Source: an uncultured Alphaproteobacteria bacterium (GTDB lineage: Bacteria > Pseudomonadota > Alphaproteobacteria > Rhodobacterales > Rhodobacteraceae). Taken from it: DNA of 64,000 nt. Below, in pieces: positions 9,163-19,891 of the stretch (position 1 is the first letter of the stretch; each line of letters begins with the position of its first letter). Location: the NCBI GenBank assembly GCA_902619165.1, contig CACNDI010000013.1:1843-65842 (forward strand). Direction: 5' to 3'. Both the position numbers and the translations under genes were made by a program. The notes below the pieces were generated by a model that saw only the letters and a list, made by a program, of their open reading frames with translations, ran no database searches and was not told the origin of the DNA.

Positions 9163-10745
9163 ATATTTCATCAGGAAGTGGTAGCGAGCTTATTCAAATA
9201 GCTGATGCGGTAGCTAAAGAAAAATTGATTGACCCAAAGCTAGTAATCGACGCAATGGAAGAGAGTCTAGCTAAAGCTGCAAAATCCAAATATGGTCAGG
9301 AGTATGACATAAGAGCTGACATTAATACAAGATCAGGAGCGGTTTCCATGTCAAGATGGCGAAAGGTTGTTGAGACAGTCGAAAACCATTTTACTGAAAT
9401 TAACGAATCTGATGCTAAAAAAATTAACCCTCAAGTGAAACTGGATGGTTTCATCGAGGAGCAGTTGCCTCCAATGGATTTTGGTAGAATAGCTGCGCAA
9501 GCAGCTAAACAAATAATTGTTCAAAAAGTACGAGAGGCTGACCGTGCAAGGCAATATGAGGAATATAAAGACAAGGTTGGGCAAATTATAAACGGTCAGG
9601 TCAAGAGAGTTGAATACGGTAACGTGATAGTTGACTTAGGAAGAGCCGAAGCAGTATTGAAAAGAGATCAATTAATTAGAAGAGAGGTTCTGAGAGTTGG
9701 TGATAGAGTTAGAGCATACATAAAAGAAGTAAAAGAAGATACAAGAGGACCACAAATATTTCTATCTAGAACTAATTCTGAGTTTCTAGTGGAACTATTC
9801 AAAATGGAGGTTCCTGAAATTTATGATGGTATAATTGACATTAAAACAGTTTGTCGTGATCCCGGTAGTCGAGCAAAAATCGGTGTTCTATCTCATGATA
9901 GCTCAATAGACCCTGTCGGCGCATGCGTCGGGATGCGAGGTAGCAGGGTTCAGGCGGTGGTAAATGAACTACAGGGAGAAAAAATTGACATTATTCCTTG
10001 GAATGATGATGCACCTACTTTTCTTGTTAACGCCCTTCAACCGGCTGAAGTTAGTAAAGTCGTTTTGGATGAGGATGCAAAGAGAATAGAAGTTGTGGTC
10101 CCTAATGATCAACTATCTTTAGCAATTGGCCGCAGAGGACAAAACGTGAGACTAGCAAGTCAATTAACTGAATATGACATTGACATTTTGACTGAAGAAG
10201 ATGAGTCGCAAAGACGGCAAGAAGAGTTTAACGAGAGATCAAATCTTTTTATGGAGCATCTAAATGTTGATGAGATGGTTGCTCAGCTTCTTGTATCCGA
10301 AGGTTTTTCTACTATGGAAGAAGTTGCTTATGTCGAATCTAGTGAGATAAGCTCGATAGATGGTTTCGACGAAGAAACTGCGACAGAATTGCAAGAGAGA
10401 GCTAAAGATTATCTTGAGACTCTTAATAAAAAATCTTTGGATTTTGCAAAGTCAAGTGGGATTGAGGATGATTTGTTAAACTTCGAGGGTTTAAGCCCAC
10501 AAATGCTGGAAGTATTAGTTAAAGATGGGATAAAATCTCTCAAGGAGTTCGCTACCTGTGCAGATTGGGAATTGGCTGGTGGCTATACAACTATTGATGG
10601 AAAAAGGGTAAGAGATGAGGGTCTCCTCGAACATTTTGAGCTTTCACTTTCTGAGGCTCAACAACTTATCATGAAGGCAAGAGAAATGCTTGGGTGGGTT
10701 ACAAAAGAAGAGTCCGAAGAAATTATTAAGTCTCTTGTAAAATAA
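9159..10745 (+). CDS. nusA: transcription termination/antitermination factor NusA
   Basis: 528 aa with ELIQIADAVAKEKLID, S1 and KH regions (QIINGQVKRVEYGNVIVDLG, CVGMRGSRVQAVVNELQGEKIDII, AIGRRGQNVRLASQLT) and C-terminal acidic repeats. ATGA overlap with rimP. Confidence 0.95.
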   Translation: MNISSGSGSELIQIADAVAKEKLIDPKLVIDAMEESLAKAAKSKYGQEYDIRADINTRSGAVSMSRWRKVVETVENHFTEINESDAKKINPQVKLDGFIEEQLPPMDFGRIAAQAAKQIIVQKVREADRARQYEEYKDKVGQIINGQVKRVEYGNVIVDLGRAEAVLKRDQLIRREVLRVGDRVRAYIKEVKEDTRGPQIFLSRTNSEFLVELFKMEVPEIYDGIIDIKTVCRDPGSRAKIGVLSHDSSIDPVGACVGMRGSRVQAVVNELQGEKIDIIPWNDDAPTFLVNALQPAEVSKVVLDEDAKRIEVVVPNDQLSLAIGRRGQNVRLASQLTEYDIDILTEEDESQRRQEEFNERSNLFMEHLNVDEMVAQLLVSEGFSTMEEVAYVESSEISSIDGFDEETATELQERAKDYLETLNKKSLDFAKSSGIEDDLLNFEGLSPQMLEVLVKDGIKSLKEFATCADWELAGGYTTIDGKRVRDEGLLEHFELSLSEAQQLIMKAREMLGWVTKEESEEIIKSLVK

Positions 10746-10762
10746 GAAAATATTAAAAGAGA

Positions 10763-11332
10763 TTGGTGGTTTTGAATAAAAAGATCTTCTTGAATAGCTC
10801 CAGTATTAACAAAGATGAATTCATAAAGATTTGTCTAAGCCCGGATAATAAATTGATTCCAGATTTGTGCGATAAGCTGCCTGGGAAATCGGTTTGGCTT
10901 CCGGCCAATAAAGCCCTTATAGTTGATATTTTAAGAAAAGAAGATTTGAAAACCTATTTCGGTGCCTCAAAAATTTTCTCATCGGATATCGTCTCTCTAA
11001 TTGAAATGATTCTAAGAAAAAAAATTCTGAGCAGTATTTCTATAACAAAAAAATCTGGCGTTTTGGCTATAGGGTTGGATGCGATAAAAACGCTATTAAT
11101 ACAAAAACGACACTGTTTAATACTTGTGGCTATGGGTGCTAAAAGCGTGGCTGACAAATCTTTTTTTAGGTCGAATAACGTTGCTATTTACGAGAACATG
11201 CTTGAACAAAAAGACCTTGAAAAAAGCACTGGTAAAAATAACGTAAAATATCTTGGTATTTTTTCCAAAAATTTTAAAAAAACTATTCAAGTGGACTTAA
11301 ATAAACTAAAAGGTTTTATAGAGAACCATTAA
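10763..11332 (+). CDS. YlxR/DUF448-like RNA-binding protein fused to an L7Ae-like domain
   Basis: Occupies the conserved slot between nusA and infB. The C-terminal KKSGVLAIGLDAIKTLLIQKRHCLILVAMGAKS resembles the L7Ae/YlxQ pattern. Start codon is uncertain (TTG, GTG and TTG cluster at 10763-10774). Confidence 0.6.
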   Translation: MVVLNKKIFLNSSSINKDEFIKICLSPDNKLIPDLCDKLPGKSVWLPANKALIVDILRKEDLKTYFGASKIFSSDIVSLIEMILRKKILSSISITKKSGVLAIGLDAIKTLLIQKRHCLILVAMGAKSVADKSFFRSNNVAIYENMLEQKDLEKSTGKNNVKYLGIFSKNFKKTIQVDLNKLKGFIENH

Positions 11333-11347
11333 TTGATAGTGATTGCG

Positions 11348-13744
11348 ATGACTGATAGTGACAACAGAGATAACAAAACCAAAGTTTTGGGACTTAAAAG
11401 TGGGACCAATACAGTTCGACAAAACTTCTCGCACGGTAGATCCAAATCCGTTGTAGTAGAAACAAAGAAGAAAAAGCTACTAATTTCAAAAAAGGGCCCT
11501 GTAGCTGAAGAAAATAAAAAAAATGTTGTCGCTGAAATAGAAACCAATGAAAATGAAGAGATATTGAGACGAAAAAAAGCCATAGAAGCGTCTAAGGCGG
11601 AAGAGAAAAAGTTACAGGAGCAAAGCAAAAAGGAGAAGTCTCAAGATGAAGGATCGAAGCCTACAGAGGTAAAAGATCAAAGTAAAATTTCTTCTTCTAT
11701 AAATTTAGAAACGCCTGACTTAACTGGATCAAAAAAGAGAATAAAAAACGAAAGTAATCAAAAGACATCTTATGAAAACAAAACAAAAGACAATAGTGAA
11801 AAGCCTAATTTTAAATCTACAAAGTTAAATGAAAACAAGAGAAGATCCGGTAAGATTACCATAACACAGGCTTTAGGAGATGATGGAGGTCGGCAACGTT
11901 CTATAGCTTCTCTGAGAAGAAGGCAAGAAAAAGAAAAACGGCAAATGCTAGAGACCTCTTTGGAAAGAGAAAAAATTATTCGAGACGTTCAAATTCCCGA
12001 CACTCCTCTTACTGTGCAGGAGCTAGCCAACAGAATGGCAGAACGATCTGCTGATTTAGTAAAAAAACTAATGACCAATGGTATAATGGTTACAAAAAAC
12101 CAAGCTATTGATATAGACACGGCTACTTTATTAGTTGAAGAGTTTGGTCATCATGCCATCAGGGTATCGGATGCTGATGTAGAAGATGTAATAATTAACG
12201 TTGATGATAAAAACGAAGAGGCTAAATCCCTGAGGCCTCCTGTTGTTACAATAATGGGCCATGTGGATCATGGGAAGACTACACTGTTAGATTCTCTCAG
12301 AAAGACAAATATTGTTTCTAGCGAAGCTGGTGGTATAACTCAGCACATAGGTGCTTATCAAATTACCGTCAATAACGATCAAAAACTAACTTTCCTTGAT
12401 ACTCCAGGACATGAAGCATTTAGCACCATGAGATCTAGGGGTGCAACCATTACTGATATTGTAGTATTGGTTGTTGCAGCAGATGATAGTGTGAAGCCAC
12501 AAACAATCGAAGCAATCAACCATGCCAAGGAAGCAAAAGTTCCTATAATTGTAGCGATAAACAAAATAGACAAACAAGGGTCTGATCCAAACAAAGTGAG
12601 AACGGAGCTTTTGCAGCACGGAATAATTGTTGAGAGTATGTCTGGCGATGTTCTTGAGGCAGAAATATCAGCCACTAATGGTACTGGTTTGGAGAAATTA
12701 CTTGAAAACATAACCTTACAAGCTGAACTATTGGAGCTTAAAACAAACGAAAAGAGACCAGCAGAAGGAACAGTAGTTGAAGCAAAACTTGATATGGGGA
12801 GAGGTCCCGTAGCCACGGTTTTAGTTCAAAAAGGTACTTTAAAAAGGGGTGATATCTTCGTAGTAGGCCAACAATGGGGTAAGGTAAGAGCACTTTTTAA
12901 CGATAAAAAAGAAAAAATTGATTTAGCTCTACCCTCAACACCAGTAGAAATTTTAGGCTTAAATGGAACCCCAGAGGCCGGCGATATACTAAACGTTTTG
13001 CCAAGTGAAGCTAAGGCCAGAGAAATTTCTGTTTACAGAGAACAAAATTTAAAAAACAAAAAAAATACTGTAGGCATGGGTTCATCACTTGATCAATTGT
13101 TGGCAAAAGCTAAGGAAGACGAAAAATTATCTTTCCTTCCAATCATAGTTAAAAGTGATGTTAGAGGATCCGGTGAGGCTATTGTCCAAGCGATGGAAAA
13201 AATAAAGAGTGAGGAGGTCCAGGTTAGAGTTGTTCATTCAGGCGTAGGAGCTATAACTGAAAGTGACATTACTCTGGCATTATCATCAAATTCCATCATA
13301 ATAGGGTTTAACGTCAGGGCAAACACAGCTGCAAGGGATAGCGCCAGTCAGAAAAAAATTGATATAAGATATTACTCCATAATATACGATCTTGTAGACG
13401 ACATAACTAAAGCTGCGGAGGGACTCCTGTCTCCAGAAATAAAAGAAACATTTATAGGTTATGCAAAAATACAGGAAGTATTCAAAATAACTGGGGTCGG
13501 AAAGATAGCTGGTTGCTTGATTACAGAAGGACACGCTAAAAGAGATGTAGGCGTGCGTCTCTTAAGGGAAGATGTAGTTATACATACAGGAAAACTAAAA
13601 ACGCTTAAAAGATTCAAAGATGAGGTTAAAGAGGTACAGTCTGGTCAAGAGTGCGGAATGGCATTTGAAGCATATGAGGATATAAGAAAGGATGATGTTA
13701 TAGAAATTTTTACGACCCAGGAAATAGCAAGAACTTTAAACTGA
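11348..13744 (+). CDS. infB: translation initiation factor IF-2
   Basis: [20 protein letters not shown] and NKIDK GTPase motifs after a Lys/Glu-rich N-terminal region. I prefer ATG at 11348 (MTDSDN); the track starts at TTG 11333. Confidence 0.95.
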   Translation: MTDSDNRDNKTKVLGLKSGTNTVRQNFSHGRSKSVVVETKKKKLLISKKGPVAEENKKNVVAEIETNENEEILRRKKAIEASKAEEKKLQEQSKKEKSQDEGSKPTEVKDQSKISSSINLETPDLTGSKKRIKNESNQKTSYENKTKDNSEKPNFKSTKLNENKRRSGKITITQALGDDGGRQRSIASLRRRQEKEKRQMLETSLEREKIIRDVQIPDTPLTVQELANRMAERSADLVKKLMTNGIMVTKNQAIDIDTATLLVEEFGHHAIRVSDADVEDVIINVDDKNEEAKSLRPPVVTIMGHVDHGKTTLLDSLRKTNIVSSEAGGITQHIGAYQITVNNDQKLTFLDTPGHEAFSTMRSRGATITDIVVLVVAADDSVKPQTIEAINHAKEAKVPIIVAINKIDKQGSDPNKVRTELLQHGIIVESMSGDVLEAEISATNGTGLEKLLENITLQAELLELKTNEKRPAEGTVVEAKLDMGRGPVATVLVQKGTLKRGDIFVVGQQWGKVRALFNDKKEKIDLALPSTPVEILGLNGTPEAGDILNVLPSEAKAREISVYREQNLKNKKNTVGMGSSLDQLLAKAKEDEKLSFLPIIVKSDVRGSGEAIVQAMEKIKSEEVQVRVVHSGVGAITESDITLALSSNSIIIGFNVRANTAARDSASQKKIDIRYYSIIYDLVDDITKAAEGLLSPEIKETFIGYAKIQEVFKITGVGKIAGCLITEGHAKRDVGVRLLREDVVIHTGKLKTLKRFKDEVKEVQSGQECGMAFEAYEDIRKDDVIEIFTTQEIARTLN

Positions 13745-13751
13745 CCTAAAT

Positions 13752-14297
13752 ATGAATAATATGCATGGAACAACTATAGTTGGTGTTAGAAAAAACGGAA
13801 GAGTAACAATCGCAGGAGACGGGCAAGTAAGTTTAGGTAACACAATAATAAAAGGCACTGCGCAGAAAATTAGATCTATAAAAAATGAAGGTTATGAAAT
13901 AATAGCTGGTTTTGCGGGCTCAACTGCTGATGCCTTTACACTGATAGAGAGATTAGAAGAGAAACTTGAAAAATACCCTGGTCAATTATCGAAAGCATCA
14001 GTAGAGCTTGCCAAGGATTGGAGAACTGACAAGTATTTAAGAAATTTAGAAGCCATGATGATAGTTTCTGATGGGGTAGAACTCTTAATAATAACTGGTT
14101 CAGGCGATGTTTTAGAGCCAGAAAACAATATAGCATCCGTAGGTTCTGGTGGAAACTTCGCCTTGGCTGCCGCAAGAGCGCTTTACGAGGGGAAAAAGAG
14201 TTCGGAAGAAATTGCTGTAAAAGCTATTAACATTGCTTCAGAAATATGCGTTTTTACTAATGATAACATAATACACTTAACTTTGAATTCGAAATAA
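13752..14297 (+). CDS. hslV: ATP-dependent protease subunit HslV
   Basis: [27 protein letters not shown], catalytic N-terminal Thr behind a short propeptide; [14 protein letters not shown]. Confidence 0.95.
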   Translation: MNNMHGTTIVGVRKNGRVTIAGDGQVSLGNTIIKGTAQKIRSIKNEGYEIIAGFAGSTADAFTLIERLEEKLEKYPGQLSKASVELAKDWRTDKYLRNLEAMMIVSDGVELLIITGSGDVLEPENNIASVGSGGNFALAAARALYEGKKSSEEIAVKAINIASEICVFTNDNIIHLTLNSK

Positions 14298-14298
14298 T

Positions 14299-15609
14299 AT
14301 GTTGAACAATTTGACCCCTAAACAAATAGTGAAAGAATTAGATCGATTTATAATTGGTCAAGAAGAAGCGAAAAAATCTGTTGCGATTGCACTGAGAAAT
14401 CGGTGGAGGCATCAACAGTTGACCGATGATATAAAAGATGAAATATACCCTAAGAACTTGCTTATGATTGGGCCCACGGGTGTTGGCAAGACTGAAATAT
14501 CTCGCCGCTTGTCTAAATTAGCAAAAGCACCTTTTTTAAAAGTCGAAGCTACAAAGTTTACAGAGGTGGGATACGTGGGTAGAGATGTTGATCAAATAAT
14601 TCGAGATCTATTAGAAAATGCTATCATTTTAGTTAAACAAGAAATGAGTAAGTCTCTTTATGAGAAAGCAAAAAGCGAGGCCGAAAATGTTGTATTGAAA
14701 TACATCGCTGGTAACGAAGCAAGAGAGACAACCATAGAATCATTTAGAAAAAAATTGAGGGACGGCCTGTTAGATGAAAAGGAAGTTGAAATAGAGGTAT
14801 TTGAAAAAAGTAATTCTCTTCCAATGGTAGACTTACCCGGATCTCAAAGTGGTACCATGGGCATAATGAACCTAAGCGATATTTTTGGGAAAAATTTTGG
14901 TTCACTCAAAAAAAAGAAAAAATTAAAGGTCAGGGAAAGCCACAGAATACTTATTGATCAGGAAATGGAAAAGCTTTTGGATGACGAAGTTATACAGAAA
15001 GACGCTAAGACTAGAGTAGAGCAAAGTGGTATCGTTTTCATAGATGAGATAGATAAGGTTTGTACTAACTCCTCGTCGAAATCTGCAGAAGTGAGTCGAG
15101 AAGGGGTTCAGCGCGATTTACTCCCGCTAATTGAAGGTACGATTGTATCCACTAAATACGGGCCCATAAAAACAGATCAAATTCTTTTTATTTGCTCGGG
15201 AGCTTTCCATCTTTCAAAACCATCTGATCTTCTCCCAGAACTACAAGGGCGTCTTCCTATAAGAGTACAGTTGAGCCCATTGAAAAAGGAGCATTTTAAA
15301 AGAATTTTAACCGATACTGATAACAGTCTTACCAAACAGTATATTGAGTTGATCAAGACCGAAGGTGTTGAGCTTATTTTTGGTGACGATGGTATTGAAA
15401 AAATATGCTCATTGGCAGAAGAAGTAAATTTTAATATCGAAAATATTGGGGCAAGACGGCTACATACTATTCTAGAGAAGGTGCTTGAAAACATTAGTTT
15501 CAATGCACCTGACTTAAAGGGGAAAAAAGTAGTGATCGATTCAAAACTTGTTGAAAAGCATGTTGGTAGTCTGTCCAAAACTGCTGACTTAAGAAAATAT
15601 GTTCTTTGA
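14299..15609 (+). CDS. hslU: ATP-dependent protease ATPase subunit HslU
   Basis: [33 protein letters not shown], Walker [42 protein letters not shown]. Confidence 0.95.
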   Translation: MLNNLTPKQIVKELDRFIIGQEEAKKSVAIALRNRWRHQQLTDDIKDEIYPKNLLMIGPTGVGKTEISRRLSKLAKAPFLKVEATKFTEVGYVGRDVDQIIRDLLENAIILVKQEMSKSLYEKAKSEAENVVLKYIAGNEARETTIESFRKKLRDGLLDEKEVEIEVFEKSNSLPMVDLPGSQSGTMGIMNLSDIFGKNFGSLKKKKKLKVRESHRILIDQEMEKLLDDEVIQKDAKTRVEQSGIVFIDEIDKVCTNSSSKSAEVSREGVQRDLLPLIEGTIVSTKYGPIKTDQILFICSGAFHLSKPSDLLPELQGRLPIRVQLSPLKKEHFKRILTDTDNSLTKQYIELIKTEGVELIFGDDGIEKICSLAEEVNFNIENIGARRLHTILEKVLENISFNAPDLKGKKVVIDSKLVEKHVGSLSKTADLRKYVL

Positions 15610-16032
15610 TTTTACGAGAAAAAAGTAGTACGCTCCCTCACCTCCATGCTTATCTAAGGCCTTTGATATATACTGTACTTTATCCCGATAAAAGTCTTCT
15701 GAGAGCCATTTATTAATTTCACTTTTTATTGTTTGCTTTTTTCCGTGGATGTTAGGCTTTGAATTTCTACCCTTTCCAGTGATGATCAACAAAAGCCGCT
15801 TATTTCGTTGGAAACTTTCACCAACAAATCGTTGTAAACGCGCTTTAGCTTCTTTTAGAGAGAATCCATGAAGATCTATGGTTCCTTCAATATTAATTCT
15901 TCCACTTTTTATTTGTTTTAGCCTATTCCTTTCTATATGGATATCAATTTTAGGAGAACTAATTTTAGTAAGATTATTCACATAGACAAAGCTATCTAAC
16001 TTTTTATCTGAATGAGAAACAAGGTCATTCAA
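15589..16032 (-). CDS. Smr/MutS2-type small domain protein
   Basis: [19 protein letters not shown]...[12 protein letters not shown]...[10 protein letters not shown] is the Smr domain pattern. Its 3' end overlaps the hslU 3' end convergently by 21 nt. Confidence 0.75.
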   Translation of the reverse strand: MNDLVSHSDKKLDSFVYVNNLTKISSPKIDIHIERNRLKQIKSGRINIEGTIDLHGFSLKEAKARLQRFVGESFQRNKRLLLIITGKGRNSKPNIHGKKQTIKSEINKWLSEDFYRDKVQYISKALDKHGGEGAYYFFLVKSKNIFS

Positions 16033-16167
16033 TGAGAAAGTGCTTTTGTTTTTTAAGTTACTTGAATTAGCTCTACTATCACTTGTTTTTTTTTTTTATA
16101 TTGTTCTTACTAACAAAATCTTCCCATAAAATCTGGTCTTTCGTTTTTTGTATGATTTTTTCTTTCT

Positions 16168-16821
16168 TCATAGCGTAGATTTCAATAACCATATAGGGCT
16201 TTTGTCAGAGAGATTTTTTGTGAAAACCCAGGTATCCTTTTGTTTCTTTATATCATCTGGATGGCCTTCAATGATAGATCCCTTACTGTCCTTCACAACA
16301 GTGGTGATTTCAGATTTAAATGATAGTGTTACGTCAGCAATTTTTGTTTTTTGACTAAATGAGGCATCGATTATTCTTATGTCTCTCATTCCTATGAATT
16401 TTGCATCAACAATAAACCCATTTTTTTTTCTTTTATCTATAACTGACTTGAAACTTGTCAATACCTTCTTTTCCAAAAGAGTTTTTAGTTTTTCAATATC
16501 ACCTCTTTCGAAGGCCATAAGAATTATCTCATAAGCGATCTTTGCACCTGAAACAAATTTGTTCACACTAAAGTCTCTGTCAAACTCCTTCATCTTTTTG
16601 AACACCTGAGCATTTTTACTGTCTTCTTCTACGTAATCGAAAATATCATCATCAGGGCTATCATTTTTTGTTTCATCTATAACCTTCGGGTTACTAATTA
16701 CATCAGTTGATTCTTTAATATCTTTGAGAGTTTTTTCAAAACCATCTCTAGAACCAAGTACTGCTCTCAATCGCCAAAAAAGAAATATAGCTACAGCTGC
16801 TAGTATAAATATTTGTAACAT
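16168..16821 (-). CDS. Tim44-like domain protein (inner-membrane anchored)
   Basis: N-terminal transmembrane helix (MLQIFILAAVAIFLFW) and a C-terminal Tim44-like fold (FVSGAKIAYEIILMAFERGDIEKLKTLL...DTWVFTKNL). Typical alphaproteobacterial neighbour of secB. Confidence 0.75.
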   Translation of the reverse strand: MLQIFILAAVAIFLFWRLRAVLGSRDGFEKTLKDIKESTDVISNPKVIDETKNDSPDDDIFDYVEEDSKNAQVFKKMKEFDRDFSVNKFVSGAKIAYEIILMAFERGDIEKLKTLLEKKVLTSFKSVIDKRKKNGFIVDAKFIGMRDIRIIDASFSQKTKIADVTLSFKSEITTVVKDSKGSIIEGHPDDIKKQKDTWVFTKNLSDKSPIWLLKSTL

Positions 16822-16960
16822 TCTCTATGGTCCAATTCTTATTTCTATTCCTTCAAAAAGGAAATGAATCACCTTAGTACATATATAAGATTTAATTTTA
16901 TTGTGTCCACCAGTAAGATGGAGTATATAGTTCCTTACAATAAATAAAAGTCAAAAATCT

Positions 16961-17440
16961 ATGTCTTCGAAACAAATAGCTTCAGATGAATACAGTTTCT
17001 ATATTGAAAATTTATTATTCAATCATGATGTAGAGATTTTATCTCAATTCGTTAAAGATATGTCTTTTGAAAAGAAGGAGGATTATGCATATTTTACAGA
17101 AGAAGATTTTAAGGGTAAGACAGACTTTTCTCTCAATATAGAAATTGAAAACAAACAACGTAATGAAAATCAAATATTGGTTTCGCTAATTGTTAATTTG
17201 GAGGCAAAAATTAACCAAAAAACAGCTTTTATATTGGAAATGACATACTGTGGATTATTTAAGTTTCCAAATGTAACTGAAGATATACTAGAAAAGCAGA
17301 TAAAGGTTGAGTGCCCTAAGATGCTCTTTCCATATATTAGAAGACTAATATCTCACACTATGATTGAGAGCGGTATGCCTAATATCGACATTAAAAATAT
17401 TAACTTTTTCGATCTATATAAGACTAAAAAGAAAAACTAA
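16961..17440 (+). CDS. secB: protein-export chaperone SecB
   Basis: 159 aa; VKDMSFE, FILEMTYCGLFKF and CPKMLFPYIRRLISHTMIESGMPNI match the SecB pattern. Confidence 0.85.
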   Translation: MSSKQIASDEYSFYIENLLFNHDVEILSQFVKDMSFEKKEDYAYFTEEDFKGKTDFSLNIEIENKQRNENQILVSLIVNLEAKINQKTAFILEMTYCGLFKFPNVTEDILEKQIKVECPKMLFPYIRRLISHTMIESGMPNIDIKNINFFDLYKTKKKN

Positions 17441-18162
17441 TACCAGAAGTTTTTTTTCATTTTAGAAATAAATTTCTTATGCAGCTCCATTTCTTTGTGG
17501 GACACCCTGCTTCCGACTAATGGATTTTTTCTAACAAAATTCATTTTTTCTGGCGCTTTTTTATTCCTATCATCAGTTTCAGAACCTACTTGTGAAAATT
17601 CGAAACCGGGTTGTTTTCCTCCTGCCAACTCTAGATACACTTCTGACAAAATTTCGCTGTCGATAAGCGCTCCATGTTTACCTTTTCTTTTGTTGTCTAT
17701 ACCAAACTTAATACACAACGAATCTAGAGAAACTGATTTTCCTGGGTATAGTTTTTTTGCGATCTCTAAGGTGTCAATTATTTTTTCGCTATGTATTTCC
17801 TTATATGGTAATTTATCATATATATTAAAGTTGCTACTCTCAAGTCTTTGCATTTCATGGTTTATAAATCCTATATCAAACTTTGCGTTATGGATTACTA
17901 GTTTTGAGTCACCAACGAACATAATTAAATTTTCTATTACCTCAGAAAACAGTGGTTTGTCTGATAAAAAATCTGTAGACAGACCATGAACTTTAAAAGA
18001 TTCAATTGGCATTTCTCCCTTTAATAAAGGGTTCAAATAGCAATGGAACGTGTTTCCTGTTGGAATGTGGTTTACAAGCTCTATAGCCCCTATCTCAACT
18101 ATTCTATCCCCTTTATCGGGATTCAAACCTGTAGTTTCTGTGTCCAAAACAACTTCCCTCAT
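17437..18162 (-). CDS. dnaQ: DNA polymerase III epsilon subunit (3'-5' proofreading exonuclease)
   Basis: Exo motifs VVLDTETTGL, LVIHNAKFDIGFIN and HGALIDSEILSEVY. Confidence 0.9.
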   Translation of the reverse strand: MREVVLDTETTGLNPDKGDRIVEIGAIELVNHIPTGNTFHCYLNPLLKGEMPIESFKVHGLSTDFLSDKPLFSEVIENLIMFVGDSKLVIHNAKFDIGFINHEMQRLESSNFNIYDKLPYKEIHSEKIIDTLEIAKKLYPGKSVSLDSLCIKFGIDNKRKGKHGALIDSEILSEVYLELAGGKQPGFEFSQVGSETDDRNKKAPEKMNFVRKNPLVGSRVSHKEMELHKKFISKMKKNFWY

Positions 18163-18163
18163 T

Positions 18164-18793
18164 TTATACCAAAAATCCTTTAATTTTTTGGAATATTTCT
18201 AGAACATCCTGTTTTGTTTCTTGTAGACTCTTGTCAGTGTTTATTAAAAAGTCAGCTCTTTTTATTTTCTCTTGTTCATTCATTTGATTGCGTTTTATAA
18301 GCTGAAAATCTTTTTCTTTTATATTTTTTCTGCTCAGCACTCTTTTTTTCTGTGTCAACTCGGAAGCAGTTACAACTAGAACAGCATCAAAATTTGTCTC
18401 TTGTTGTTTTTCAAACAAGAGGGGTATGTCGAAAACTATTAGGGGCGAACCTTTACTAGATCTTAAGAAGTCAACCTTTGAATGTTCTAATAGAGGATGC
18501 ACTATTAGTTCTATTTTTTTGAGCATTGCATTGTCTTTGTGAATCAAGTTTCTTAGCTTCTTTTTATCAACTCCCTTCTCTGTTACGACACTAGGGAATT
18601 TATTAGAGAGGATTTTTGTTGCGGCTCCATTGGTTTTGTAAAGTTCGTTAACTTCATTATCTGCGCACCAAACTTGAACGCCTAGATCCCGAAACATGTT
18701 CGATACGGTTGTTTTTCCCATAGCGATAGAGCCTGTTAAACCGAGAATAAACCTTTTCTTTTTAATCAACCATGAACTTTCTGATTTCGTCAT
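18164..18793 (-). CDS. coaE: dephospho-CoA kinase
   Basis: P-loop ILGLTGSIAMGKTT. Start is uncertain: ATG at 18826 or 18793, or TTG at 18769, which would give a typical short N-terminus. All three overlap the aroE 3' end. Confidence 0.85.
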   Translation of the reverse strand: MTKSESSWLIKKKRFILGLTGSIAMGKTTVSNMFRDLGVQVWCADNEVNELYKTNGAATKILSNKFPSVVTEKGVDKKKLRNLIHKDNAMLKKIELIVHPLLEHSKVDFLRSSKGSPLIVFDIPLLFEKQQETNFDAVLVVTASELTQKKRVLSRKNIKEKDFQLIKRNQMNEQEKIKRADFLINTDKSLQETKQDVLEIFQKIKGFLV

Positions 18794-19607
18794 CGATGAC
18801 TGGTGATTTTTGAAACCAATGTTCAAAACCTGGTATCGCTTGGTTTATTAGCATTCCTATCCCACTTACAGTCTTTAACTTTAGTTTTCTAGCTTCTTTT
18901 AAAAGCTCTGTAATTAGAGGATTATACACAATATCAATCACTAGAGCAGTCTTTTTCGCCCTTGATATTGGCTGTGAAAAATCCGGTTGTCCAATCATTC
19001 CCATAGATGTAGCATTAATTATTAAATCTGCCCTTGCGATTGTGTCGGGGGCTGTTCGCCAGTCTACCACTGATACTTTAGCACCCAAATTCTCAGAGAT
19101 TATTTGAGCTTTTGAGCGGGTTCTATTGGTTATTCCCACTTCTCTAACACCATTAGATATTAATGCAGAGGCGATAGCTCTAGCGGATCCACCTGCACCA
19201 TATATTATTGCCGTCTTATCATAAAATTCATAATCTGGAATTTCATCAATTATATTTTGGATGAAACCGTATCCATCTGTGTTATCAGCATGGACCTTTC
19301 CACTCTTACTAAAATATAAGGTATTAGCAGCTCCTATTAATGCAGCCCTGTCTGTGATTGAATCTGCAAGAGAAAGCACATTAGTTTTATGAGGTATTGT
19401 TACATTAACACCGCTAAACCCAAGACCTACTAGGCTTTTTACAGAGGCTTGAAGTTTGTCCGTCGTTACAGAAAATGGAATATAGAAACCATTAATCTGG
19501 TATTTTGAAAGCCAATAGTTATGTAGTTTTGGTGATTTACTGTGAGATATTGGATATCCAATTACTCCTGCTAAATTTGGGGGTGTATCGGTTTTATTTT
19601 TATCCAT
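18762..19607 (-). CDS. aroE: shikimate dehydrogenase
   Basis: GVIGYPISHSKSPKLHNYW, VTIPHK, NTDGYGF and GAGGSARAIASAL. Confidence 0.9.
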   Translation of the reverse strand: MDKNKTDTPPNLAGVIGYPISHSKSPKLHNYWLSKYQINGFYIPFSVTTDKLQASVKSLVGLGFSGVNVTIPHKTNVLSLADSITDRAALIGAANTLYFSKSGKVHADNTDGYGFIQNIIDEIPDYEFYDKTAIIYGAGGSARAIASALISNGVREVGITNRTRSKAQIISENLGAKVSVVDWRTAPDTIARADLIINATSMGMIGQPDFSQPISRAKKTALVIDIVYNPLITELLKEARKLKLKTVSGIGMLINQAIPGFEHWFQKSPVIDDEIRKFMVD

Positions 19608-19891
19608 AATAGTCTGTTGATAAAACGTCAGTTATGTTAGTGTTTTCTTAAACTTTATAATATGATTACTTTTTATTATAAACTATTATTTGTTTTTCAA
19701 CAACACAGTCCACATTTCAAATAAATACTTAAATTAACTTGATAATTTTTCGAAATTTTTAAATCAGCAAGTTTTTCTAGTGAATTATACAGTAAGTAAT
19801 AGGAAATTTTTTCTGAATAAAGAAACTCTCCACAAATATCCCCATTTTTTTGTGTATATACTACATACAACTAATATATTATATATTTATT
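19600..19891. other. candidate chromosomal replication origin (oriC) in the aroE|hemE divergent gap
   Basis: Non-coding 19608-19891 has 61 G/C in 284 nt by hand count. DnaA-box-like 9-mers with a TCCACA core lie at 19600-19608 (TTATCCAtA), 19706-19714 and 19826-19834, with an inverted TGTGTATAT at 19851-19859. hemE-adjacent origins are known in Caulobacter and Rickettsia, and parS sites lie 3.7 and 5.6 kb away. There is no perfect DnaA box. Confidence 0.4.

Noticed and set aside
12379-12816. Long antisense or shadow ORFs inside infB. Similar cases occur at 15177-15578 in hslU, 17495-17989 in dnaQ, 45514-45918 and 46060-46446 in gltB, 50886-51275 in queG, and 56832-57239 in leuC.
   Set aside because: Each is fully nested in a confidently identified gene on the other strand. 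Their composition is Ser/Leu/Phe-rich and typical of antisense frames, and none has a recognisable domain.
19608-19891. CtrA boxes (TTAA-N7-TTAA) and CcrM GANTC sites, as found in the Caulobacter origin
   Set aside because: I scanned the gap by eye and found only isolated TTAA half-sites and no GANTC. Caulobacter-style cell-cycle control of this candidate origin is not supported.
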